A DNA stretch of 64,000 bases from a virus: positions 1-64,000 of the IMG/VR virus record IMGVR_UViG_3300042876_000313, one strand, 5' to 3'. This document shows, piece by piece, positions 8,392 to 16,933 of this stretch. The notes below the pieces were generated by a model that did no database searches, was not told the DNA's origin, and saw only the letters and a program-made list of their open reading frames with translations. Both the position numbers and the translations under genes were made by a program. Each line of letters starts with the position of its first letter. Within the stretch, counting starts at the first letter, position 1.

Positions 8392-8751
8392 TTAAATCTC
8401 GACCTCTTGCGCGGCGGCCAAAGTAGCGCGGGCATTGGCCAGGGCTTTGCAGTTCCTAAGCCCGTCATGCGTTGCCGACTGGTTTATCAGCCCGCTTGCT
8501 AGCAGGATCATGGTTTCCAATTCCGATACCAGCGCGGGCAGGTGGTTCGCACAGTGGGCGAGGTAGTAGGCATCTGCTTTTTGCTGCCCTTCCTTGGTTG
8601 AGGGTATCACTTCCGCAATGGTTTCCTCATAGGATTCACCACCATCCTCGTTGTGCTGCACGTTAATCCCAAGCGTGTCTCCGCTTCGGATAGGTGCACC
8701 GACATATCGCCTGCCCTTCGTAATCCCGGCCATCAGTTCAATCAGTTTCAT
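8392..8751 (-). CDS. Phage early protein (NARLIAAAP-related)
   Basis: IAEV...ADAYYLAHCANHLPALV. ATG at 8751 lies after the repeated leader motif. Confidence 0.6.
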   Translation of the reverse strand: MKLIELMAGITKGRRYVGAPIRSGDTLGINVQHNEDGGESYEETIAEVIPSTKEGQQKADAYYLAHCANHLPALVSELETMILLASGLINQSATHDGLRNCKALANARATLAAAQEVEI

Positions 8752-8842
8752 AATTTGTCGTTTGGTTTGTTGGTTTTCGTGTCGTGCAACCGTCTGTTTA
8801 ACCGTCCCGTCTGCCGCACCCGCAGGCCGGCAGAGGGGGCGA

Positions 8843-9025
8843 TTATTTGATGTACGCATTGACGCCCACCACCACCAGCTTGCCCTCGACCAGGAGCGCC
8901 GTCGCCTGGTTGCCGTGACTGCTCGCCACGATCTTGGTTTTCCCGGTCTTGGAATTGACCGGCACAGGATTAACCGGCAACGTGATTACCAGGTTGCCGC
9001 CGATGATTTCCGCTTTGATGCTCAT
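8843..9025 (-). CDS. Small beta-rich conserved phage protein (60 aa)
   Basis: MSIKAEIIGGNLVITLP...SKTGKTKIVASSHGN...GVNAY. ATG at 9025. Confidence 0.65.
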   Translation of the reverse strand: MSIKAEIIGGNLVITLPVNPVPVNSKTGKTKIVASSHGNQATALLVEGKLVVVGVNAYIK

Positions 9026-9379
9026 TTGCTTTGCCTTTCGTGTTTGTTGTTTAACCGTCAAAAGCACTCTGAATTTTGGTGATGCACCGATTTACAACGT
9101 GGGCAAAGTCTCACTCCCGCCATGTAATCCCGCTGCCGTTTCCATTTGAGCCGGGTTGCCGTGCTAACCCGCAATGGATCAAATGTTCCCGGAAGCTTTC
9201 CGTGCCGACCATCGCCAACGTGAGGAAACCGCAGATCGTAAACCTCGGACAGAAACCAGTGGTATAAATCGCCCGCCGCAAAGAAAAGTGATCCCAAGCT
9301 TCCAACTCTGGCTATCCGGTGCAATTCTCTGAATTTTGTTCTGCTCATTTTCGTGTTGTGCAACTGCGTTTTTGGTTTT

Positions 9380-9691
9380 TTATCTGCCCAATCGTTTATC
9401 CGACATTGCCGACCGCCATTCCTCCGCCCAAGCGTAGGCATCAGCTGCCGACATGTCGCAAGGCCCAATCACCCGGCCTGGCGTGCGAAGGATGAAATCA
9501 AACAGCGCCATGCGTTGCCCGTCTTTCATTAAGGCGGTTCTGGTGAATTGCTCACGGTGAATAAACCCCACCCCAAACAATCCGAAGTCAACGCGCACCG
9601 CCTCCGCTCGCAAATGCGCGGGCATGTCTTTTTTGAAAGCCCAAACCTTTGGGTGCAAGTAACCTCCGCCAATCCATTTGTAAGTTATCAT
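9380..9691 (-). CDS. Hypothetical protein
   Basis: Start directly follows the repeated GACGGTTAAACCAAAAACGCA leader. Confidence 0.55.
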   Translation of the reverse strand: MITYKWIGGGYLHPKVWAFKKDMPAHLRAEAVRVDFGLFGVGFIHREQFTRTALMKDGQRMALFDFILRTPGRVIGPCDMSAADAYAWAEEWRSAMSDKRLGR

Positions 9692-9756
9692 TTTGCGTTT
9701 TTGGTTTAACCGTCAACTTCTGCCCAGTCCCCCAGGCCGGGCAGTGGGTTGATGGT

Positions 9757-9945
9757 TTAATTGATCCGCAGATATTTCGTGCCTTTGGGCATCCGCTTTA
9801 CCGGCGGAAGTCCATCGTGCGACCTGGCGCTGTTATACTGCGCGAGGGCATTGCCCCGGTACGTTTCCAAGTAGGCACCCGAACAAACGTCCGAATGGCT
9901 GCCCTGTTCCATTGTCGGCGGCACCGTGAATTTGTATTTGCTCAT
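9757..9945 (-). CDS. Hypothetical protein (MSKYKFTVPP...)
   Basis: A-rich leader before ATG; plausible composition. Confidence 0.5.
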   Translation of the reverse strand: MSKYKFTVPPTMEQGSHSDVCSGAYLETYRGNALAQYNSARSHDGLPPVKRMPKGTKYLRIN

Positions 9946-10016
9946 ATTGTTTTGGTTTTGGTTCACTGTCACCCGTTGGCCTAGCCTCACCCGAAGCCGG
10001 CCAAGGGGTGAAGGTG

Positions 10017-10295
10017 TCACCAGTCGGCCAGCAGTTCCCGCGCTTTGGCCAGCTTATCAGCCGGCACACCCCGCGCCAGCGGTGCGACCTCCGCACGTGT
10101 GGCTGGTCTGGTGGCCTTATGGGTAAGGTGTGGCGTGCATCCGCCGTGCTGGCCAACGTGCTGGTAGCTGTTGCAAGTCCATCCCGTAGAATCCGCAGGC
10201 TCCAATGGAAACATTGCAATCACAGGATCAGCCCCACCATCCTTAAACGTCCGGTAAATGACCGCAGTTTTTTCAGGTTTCATATTACTTTCCAT
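10017..10295 (-). CDS. Conserved phage hypothetical protein
   Basis: VIAMFP...CNSYQHVGQHGGC...ATRPAT motif typical of phage early proteins. Confidence 0.6.
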   Translation of the reverse strand: MESNMKPEKTAVIYRTFKDGGADPVIAMFPLEPADSTGWTCNSYQHVGQHGGCTPHLTHKATRPATRAEVAPLARGVPADKLAKARELLADW

Positions 10296-10689
10296 CCTTT
10301 TCGCACAGGGCGAGGGCGGCGCGGGTAAGTTTTGCGGCGTCGGAAAATGCCTTCACAGCATTGTCACGAACAGATTGCTTTGCCAAACTTTCAACCTCGC
10401 ATGGTCTGGTGGGCACATTCGCCCATGACTCCATGAATATCGCACAGCCAAGCAGCACTTCCAGCAGCGCGTCCCGCTGGCGCTTGGTTTCGGGGGCGGC
10501 GGCATAATCACAGTCCGATTTGAAGTAAACCGCGCTCTCGGCATGGCCCCGGTTTTTGGTGTAGTAGTAAGCTTCCGACTCGGAATCAAGGATCGCCAGA
10601 ATTTTCCCGTCCGGGTTGACGACCAACCAATTAAGGCTTTGACCGTCTCGCGCCTGAATCGGCACCTGCATTTTGTTTTGTTCGCTCAT
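10285..10689 (-). CDS. Phage early protein (AAAP family)
   Basis: YAAAPETKRQRDALLEVL...RAALA. Preceded by a full copy of the repeated leader. Confidence 0.55.
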   Translation of the reverse strand: MSEQNKMQVPIQARDGQSLNWLVVNPDGKILAILDSESEAYYYTKNRGHAESAVYFKSDCDYAAAPETKRQRDALLEVLLGCAIFMESWANVPTRPCEVESLAKQSVRDNAVKAFSDAAKLTRAALALCEKDGK

Positions 10690-10749
10690 ATTCTTAGTCG
10701 TTTGGTTTTCGTGTTGTGCAACTGCGTTTTTGGTTTAACCGTCAGATTA

Positions 10750-11391
10750 TTACGCGTTCAGCAGCACTAAGGCCGCGCCGATCCCCGTCCCGCTTTCCTT
10801 GAAGCTGCCCGCCGGGAGACTGACCCACATCGCCGCCCCCGCGAACGCTTCCCGCCGCCGTCGTTCATCCATGCACACCGCCGCCAGCCGTCCACCAGGC
10901 CGGACAAACCGCAAGGCGTGTTGGATGTGGCGAATGTCGGCCCGCAAATGAAACGGCGGATTCATTATCACGGCGTCAAATTGCCCCAGGTCATCCGGAG
11001 TAAGGCTCAGGAAATCGCGCTGCTTGATCGTCACCCCGTCCCGGTTCTGCCGGTACAGTTCCGCCGCGCACTCTGGCGCCTGCTCGACTGCTACGACCTC
11101 GCCCGGCGAGAATGGCAAGACCGCATCCAGCAACCGGCCAAGGCCCGCCGATGGCTCAAGCACCCTGGCCCCCGGCTTCAAGTCTAGGAGCGCGGCCAAC
11201 TGGGCAGCGACCGCAACCGGCGTTTGGAAAAGCTGATAGACGGACACCGCACGCGGGGCTGTCCCGTTTTCGTGTCGTCCCGCCATACGATCAAAGCGCG
11301 GGCGCATTTCCTGCATGGCGAATCCGGCGGCGTCGTTCTCCATGCGGAGACTGTGTAAGCGGTTGAATGTTTCGGCGTTCATCGCGTACAC
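10750..11391 (-). CDS. SAM-dependent N6-adenine DNA methyltransferase-like protein
   Basis: QLFQTP, VLEPSAGLG (motif I) and VIMNPPF (motif IV). Confidence 0.8.
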   Translation of the reverse strand: MYAMNAETFNRLHSLRMENDAAGFAMQEMRPRFDRMAGRHENGTAPRAVSVYQLFQTPVAVAAQLAALLDLKPGARVLEPSAGLGRLLDAVLPFSPGEVVAVEQAPECAAELYRQNRDGVTIKQRDFLSLTPDDLGQFDAVIMNPPFHLRADIRHIQHALRFVRPGGRLAAVCMDERRRREAFAGAAMWVSLPAGSFKESGTGIGAALVLLNA

Positions 11392-11613
11392 TCCGGGTTA
11401 AGCATCGTATAAACCAAAAACGCTTGGATTTCCTTGTCGTCCGCCGTCAAAATTCCGGTCGTGCCATCGGAAAACAAAACGCGCATTGATCCATCGTTTT
11501 GCTTTTCCACTGAAACGGCCTTGATTTTTGCCGGTTTAATTACTGTGTTTTGCGATCTCATATTTTTGTTAGTTTTGAAGCCTGCCGCAGCCGAAGCCCG
11601 GCAGGGTTGAAAA

Positions 11614-13287
11614 CTAAGCAAGCTCCCGAACTTCGCTTTGAGCGTAACTGTCCAAGACCGATTGCCCGGCGCTTTCTTTCCAATATTTTTCCGTGGCGTC
11701 CTCGGTGGGCTTGACGTAGGGCTGCCACACCGCCGCCGGCAACGGGTTTTGCGGCTTGTCCGTCAACACAATAACCCGGTCGGCCCGGTTGGTGGTTGAG
11801 CCATCGCCCCAGGTGATCCGCACCTTGCACACCGCCGGCCCAATCCGCTTGGCGCGTTCCGAAGCGTGCCGCGTCCAAAGGTTGCTTTCCCGGTTGCTCA
11901 ATTCGCCGTTGGCGCAAAGCTCCCGCGTTTCCGCCTTGGCAAAGCTGCCTTTGCTGTTGGCCGAATAGACCGCTTGCGGCACCCGGCAGACGGTTGACGG
12001 CTTGAACTGGTCGGAATGGCATTTCCGCGCCTCCGGGCTGGTGTACTCGTTCCGCGCTTCCCATTCCACCCGCGCTCGCTCATTCCAGAGGGCTTGCAGC
12101 CGCTCGGCGTCGGCGTCGGTGGGGTTAATGAGTGGGCACGGCGCTTTTTCCGGCTTGCTGGCCTGGCGCTCGGCCTCCATCGCCTCCAGTTCTGCCAAGT
12201 TCTCAGGCGTCGGCCCGGTGTAGGCGGATTCCGGCAGGCGTTCAGTCTCGATCTGGAACAGTGACCACGACCGCCCCGCCTCTTGTTTGGTGCGATAAGC
12301 CCAACCGGAAACCGGCGGCGCTTTAACAAACACCGAGACAACCCGCCCGGTGGCCGGCGATTTGCACACCTTCACAATAAGCTTTCCGCCGATCCGCCCG
12401 CCCTTCTCAATTTCCACAAAGGCCGCCCGCCCGCCCTGCGCCTTAAGCATTTGGTTTTCATAGGCCAGCCGCAAAGTAAGGTGTTGTGTCCAATCGTCCT
12501 CGGCTGCCGGCTCAGAATGACGGGCCAACCACAGCGCCGCCGCCTGCGCCCCGGTGATCCTGTCCGGGTTATCGTTCCGCAGGTGATCCCACAGCGACGC
12601 CTCTTTGCCGGTAACAGGGTGCGCGTAATCGCTCGAACCGTAACCCATTCCGGCGTAACGCTCGGCAATCATCGTTTGCTTGTCCGGGTCGGTCATGGCC
12701 GCGATCTTCTGCCATGTCTGCCACGTTTTCAGCCGCTCGGCAATGTCCGCCCGGCATTTCCTCAATTCCGCCTCAAGCGTTTTGATCCGCCCCATGCGGA
12801 CACCCGGCGACGACTTATAAAGCGCGTGCGCGATTACTCCCGCCGTCCTGCGCTGCCAGTATTCGGCCTTACTCCAAGCATCCACCGCCCGCCCCGCAAT
12901 GCGATCATGCCGCGCCGCTGCCCGGTCGGCCCTGGCCTGGCTCTGGTAGCCGTGAACCGCTGGCCCGGCGTCGTAACTGTCCGCCTGCCCTGTCGCCTCA
13001 TCCGTCCGTTTGTCGCGGTATTCCCCGAAACGCTCCGCCCGATCCGCCGCCCGTTCCTCTGGCCCCATGTCCTCATCCTCGATAATATCAGCATAAGACA
13101 GCGCCGTGTCACGCCGGGAAGGCGTCCAAGTTGCGGCGAAGTCGCCCCCGCCGGCCTCCCGCTGCTTGTGCAACGCTTTCCAGCCGTCCGCCCGCAGCCG
13201 CTCATACTCGGCACGAGGCACCCGGCCCACATAGAGCCTCAGTTTATTATCTTCCGGGCTATATGTTGCCCTGTTTTCTTCACTCAT
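11614..13287 (-). CDS. DUF3560-domain protein
   Basis: EERAADRAERFGEYRDKR...GRAVDAWSKAEYWQRRTA...RIKTLEAELRK. This family is usually adjacent or fused to such methyltransferases. Confidence 0.7.
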   Translation of the reverse strand: MSEENRATYSPEDNKLRLYVGRVPRAEYERLRADGWKALHKQREAGGGDFAATWTPSRRDTALSYADIIEDEDMGPEERAADRAERFGEYRDKRTDEATGQADSYDAGPAVHGYQSQARADRAAARHDRIAGRAVDAWSKAEYWQRRTAGVIAHALYKSSPGVRMGRIKTLEAELRKCRADIAERLKTWQTWQKIAAMTDPDKQTMIAERYAGMGYGSSDYAHPVTGKEASLWDHLRNDNPDRITGAQAAALWLARHSEPAAEDDWTQHLTLRLAYENQMLKAQGGRAAFVEIEKGGRIGGKLIVKVCKSPATGRVVSVFVKAPPVSGWAYRTKQEAGRSWSLFQIETERLPESAYTGPTPENLAELEAMEAERQASKPEKAPCPLINPTDADAERLQALWNERARVEWEARNEYTSPEARKCHSDQFKPSTVCRVPQAVYSANSKGSFAKAETRELCANGELSNRESNLWTRHASERAKRIGPAVCKVRITWGDGSTTNRADRVIVLTDKPQNPLPAAVWQPYVKPTEDATEKYWKESAGQSVLDSYAQSEVRELA

Positions 13288-13357
13288 AATTTGATCCTTT
13301 CACTTGGGCTTGATTGCCCCCGTGAGCGGCAGCACGCGGCCCCGCTCAAGGGAGAAG

Positions 13358-13645
13358 TCAGGCGGGCGCTTGGCCGGTCGCTTTGGCGATGGCGGCCCGA
13401 ATTTCGGAATGGAGAAGGACATTGCCGGAACCGTTCCGGGCCATTAACGCCGCAACCTTTTCCAGCGCCGCCAGCAGATCAGGCGCCGCCGCGATTAATT
13501 GGGCATTGGCTTGATTCTCCGCCCGCCCGCACCAGTCGCAATCCGCCACCATGCCCGAACTCCCTTGCACCGTTACCCGGCGCTCCGGTTGCTCTGGAAA
13601 AGCGACAACCCGCCAAGGCCCGCTTGTGTAATTGGTTTTGCTCAT
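13358..13645 (-). CDS. Conserved phage early protein (TPGPW...NARLIAAAPDLL family)
   Basis: YTSGPW...NAQLIAAAPDLLAALE...RAAIAKATG. Confidence 0.75.
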   Translation of the reverse strand: MSKTNYTSGPWRVVAFPEQPERRVTVQGSSGMVADCDWCGRAENQANAQLIAAAPDLLAALEKVAALMARNGSGNVLLHSEIRAAIAKATGQAPA

Positions 13646-13731
13646 AATTCGCTCTTTAGTTGGTTGATTGATCCGATTTATAGCCGTTCGACTAAACAGC
13701 CCCAGTCCCCAATGCACAACTTCCCGTTGAA

Positions 13732-13932
13732 TTAGGAAATGGATTTATTGAGGGCGTTTTGATGTCGCGCAAGCAACTCCGAAGCCGTGAACCCGTTCAC
13801 CGGTTTTCCGGTGCGCTTCGCTTGCTGGTGCATCGCCAAAAGCTGATCGGCGTTTTTGCCGTATTGCGCCCGGACTTGGGAAGGGGAGCAACCAAACATC
13901 TTAGCAACTTGCGAGACAGTGTAAGTCCTCAT
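13732..13932 (-). CDS. Small HTH-like protein
   Basis: MRTYTVSQVAKMFGCSPSQVR resembles an excisionase/MerR-type HTH start. Confidence 0.5.
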   Translation of the reverse strand: MRTYTVSQVAKMFGCSPSQVRAQYGKNADQLLAMHQQAKRTGKPVNGFTASELLARHQNALNKSIS

Positions 13933-14926
13933 GGTGTTAATTCTCATAATCTCCAATATCGTGACCGTGAAACTCTTTGACCGCCGACCGGATAACCTCA
14001 TAAGCCTTGCGGCTGGCTTCGCTCCCGTAAGGGTTCACTTTTTGGATCGCTTGCTGTTCAGCAATAATCCGGTCAAACTCTGCTTTCGTCATTTTGCTTT
14101 TACTCATGCCATACCCTTTAGCAACCACCATGCCAACACCTTACACCACGAAAACACCAACCTTTAACGTGAACGCTACTTTATAAAGTGTCCCATTTCT
14201 GGACATGTACATTTGAGACTGTCCAACCGCAGGACACAACACCCGGAAAGATAGATAATGAGACTCAATCTCAAACCCTCCACAAATGCCCCAGGATCGT
14301 CTTTGGTTGGATGACCGGCACAAAGACGTGGGCAATATCCGCCCGTTTAGCCCTACCCAAGCCCAAGCACGCCGCCAAGCCTTCCCACCAATCACCCCAC
14401 CAACCGATTGACCAGACACCAGAACAACACCCCAAACGACCGGACGCCAGCCAACCCAACCGGATTGCAGGAACTACCCGCAGCCGCTCCTGCAACCAGG
14501 ACGCCGGCCACCTCGCCAACCGGACGACTGCCCGCCCGGCGCCATGATCCACCAACCAACTGGACAGGACGCCGGCCAGGCGATCAGCTAAGCAACCGCA
14601 CACCCGGCCCGGACTGGTGACGACCAACCCGCCAACCAGCACGACGACCGAGCAGCCGAACACCAGATCGGCGCCGACCTTCACCAGCCGACCGGAAAGC
14701 CGGGAAGGTGATCCGCTAACCAGGTGCCCGGCCAAGTCACCCGCCGACCTGCCACCGGGCCGGATGAACTGGACGACGACCGCCACCGCAAGCCAACCGC
14801 CGGCAGGACGCCACCACCAGCACCTAATCAGCCGGCCAACCACACCACCACAACCACGACCACACAAATCGTTGTAACTAGGGCCATTCAGCCCTACCAA
14901 CTAGAGCCATTCAGACTGGATAAATG

Positions 14927-14955
14927 AACGTATGGTTGGATGTGAATCGTTGCAA
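14927..14955 (-). promoter_or_regulatory. Leftward early promoter TTGCAA-N17-TACGTT
   Basis: Correct spacing; faces the early-gene block. Confidence 0.5.
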
Positions 14956-15180
14956 TTTTTTCACCCACAAAGACTTACACTTGAAACGCAGACACTAGCA
15001 CCGAACGGACCTATCCAAACGGCCCTACTGGACTAGGGCCAAATGGCCCTATCTGACCACGGTGGTCAAAAATAACCAATCGTTGAAGTGGCAGGCATTT
15101 GATCCCGTTATTTTTCGTATTTGAGTTACAGTCAGCAGGTTTGGCGAACTCCTGGCCGGCTGGACTGGCGGGCCGATACC

Positions 15181-15206
15181 GGGGGGAGTCGAGGGGTGGG
15201 CGGGGG
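15181..15206 (+). other. G-quadruplex-capable motif at a strand-skew switch
   Basis: GGGGGG-AGTCGA-GGGG-T-GGG-C-GGGGG. Confidence 0.5.
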
Positions 15207-15360
15207 TGCGGACCGCGCAATGATATGCCCACTCTCTCTATCTTGGGTTCAGTTGTGCGATTTTGGGGAAAGTTGGCCGGGTGGAGATTTGGGTGGTAAC
15301 GGAAGTGATGGTTGGAATTTTTACAAATTCCCCCAGACCCCCTGATATGGTGATATGATG

Positions 15361-15406
15361 ATGTTCTACGGGTGTTCTACTGTTAATCTACGTTTTCTAC
15401 GTAGAA
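15361..15406 (+). repeat. Four TCTAC direct repeats at ~10-11 nt spacing ending in TTCTACGTAGAA palindrome; iteron/operator-like
   Basis: atgttctacg ggtgttctac tgttaatcta cgttttctac gtagaa. Confidence 0.5.
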
Positions 15407-15480
15407 TTCTGTTGACATGGATTGGTTTTTGGTGGATTGTGGGTGAGTGAAAACTGAAACAAAAAACTGAAAGGCCATGT

Positions 15481-16026
15481 ATGGGAGGAATTTACACTTC
15501 GATATTCAACCGGATTATGGACAGCAGCGTGTGGAGTGAGGAACCGCATGTGGTTAAAACGTGGCTGACGTTGCTGTTCAAGAAGAATGAACACCAGCAA
15601 ATATTTGGGACGGCCTACAATATTTCGCGGTGGGCGGTTTTGGATGAGAAGGACGTGATTGAAGCTTTGAAGGTGCTGTCGTCGCCGGACACCCGGCGGT
15701 TGGAGCCTCAACCACATGAGGGAAGGCGGATTCAAAAGATCGAAGGCGGGTGGTTTATCATCAACGGTGAGAACTACGACAAGGAGTTGGCGAAGATTCG
15801 GAACCGCATATCGAAGGCGAACTGGGCGAAGGAAAACCGGGCCGAACAAAAGCTGAAAAAGGGGAATCCTCTGCCTGGTGAAGATGCTTTTGTGAAGGCT
15901 CAAAAAGCTGGTGCGCCGGCTGCGGTTCTGGACAAGTTGAGTGAGCCGGTGGTTCGGAAGCAAGACCCGTCAATTCTGGGCGACTCGGAGACGCAGGATG
16001 ACCAACCTTCCATCACGTCGGTATGA
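15481..16026 (+). CDS. Replication-initiator-like wHTH protein (replisome-organiser type N-terminus)
   Basis: YTSIFNRIMDSSVW.E...KTWLTLL...EALKVLSSPD...EGRRIQKIEGGWFIIN pattern. Confidence 0.6.
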   Translation: MGGIYTSIFNRIMDSSVWSEEPHVVKTWLTLLFKKNEHQQIFGTAYNISRWAVLDEKDVIEALKVLSSPDTRRLEPQPHEGRRIQKIEGGWFIINGENYDKELAKIRNRISKANWAKENRAEQKLKKGNPLPGEDAFVKAQKAGAPAAVLDKLSEPVVRKQDPSILGDSETQDDQPSITSV

Positions 16027-16648
16027 TCGTTGAATTATTAGAAAGCCCCGCAAACGTCAGGCGCATTTGGGCATGGTCAAGGGCGGTGATGGGATCGAGT
16101 ACCGCTGCTGGTATTCGGGCGGACGGGTGTGGTTCCGGCGGTGGCATGGCCGGCGTGTCAAAGATGTTTCGGTTTCGTTGGGAGACGTTTACGCTTCTGC
16201 GGTGGGGCAGCGGTTGCTGCCGTTGTGAGTTTACGTACCTGCTTGAGCCGATAGAGCGCGTGCTGCAATGCTTGCAGATTGAGTTCTTTCTTGAACTTCT
16301 CCGCTTGTCCTGGCGGCAGCAGGAAATCGTAACGCTTAGTTGGTTTCATCTGCCGATCGAGCCAATCGCGGTACGCCTGGGCAGTGGTTATGAAGTCGCG
16401 GATGGTGTTCATTATTCCCTCCAATTCGCTGGGCAGAGCAAGATGTCGCTGGCAGTGGTTCCGTCGTCGCAGATTCGGCAGTTCAGGAGTTCGATAGCGA
16501 CACACTGGCTGGAAACGTCAGGGCCGGTTAGAATCCAGACTTCGGTTGGTTCGCCCAGGTGATTGGTTTCGGGCCAGTCTTTGATGCGGCGCTTAAGTTC
16601 GGCGACGGTGATGGGGGTGTTCATGCGTCAAAGCAGATGCGCGGGCAG

Positions 16649-16933
16649 TTATTTGGTTAGCCTGGGTTGTTTGCCTGGTTCATAGACCCATATTTCAAAA
16701 TCAGTCCAGTGTGGTTTTGTTTGGAATATGTGCATGAGTTTAATCCCCCATTCATCAGCAAGCGTCTGGTTCACCGAGTTCATCCAACCGATATATTGGC
16801 GAATCTGATTTTGCTTCGGCTTGCCAGTCCACTCGCAGGAAACTATGTGCGAAGTTCCTTTTTCCGGGGCAGTGTCGCTTACCTTTATCTGGCACTCAAC
16901 TCCCATGCCAAAATTACATCTGAATGTTTTCAT
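16649..16933 (-). CDS. Hypothetical protein
   Basis: 4-nt overlap with the MTase stop; lower GC than neighbours. Confidence 0.55.
   Translation of the reverse strand: MKTFRCNFGMGVECQIKVSDTAPEKGTSHIVSCEWTGKPKQNQIRQYIGWMNSVNQTLADEWGIKLMHIFQTKPHWTDFEIWVYEPGKQPRLTK

Noticed and set aside
14271-14900. 209-aa G/V/W/R-rich ORF, or a second pentamer array
   Set aside because: The composition reflects strand skew, and no sustained 5-nt register could be parsed.
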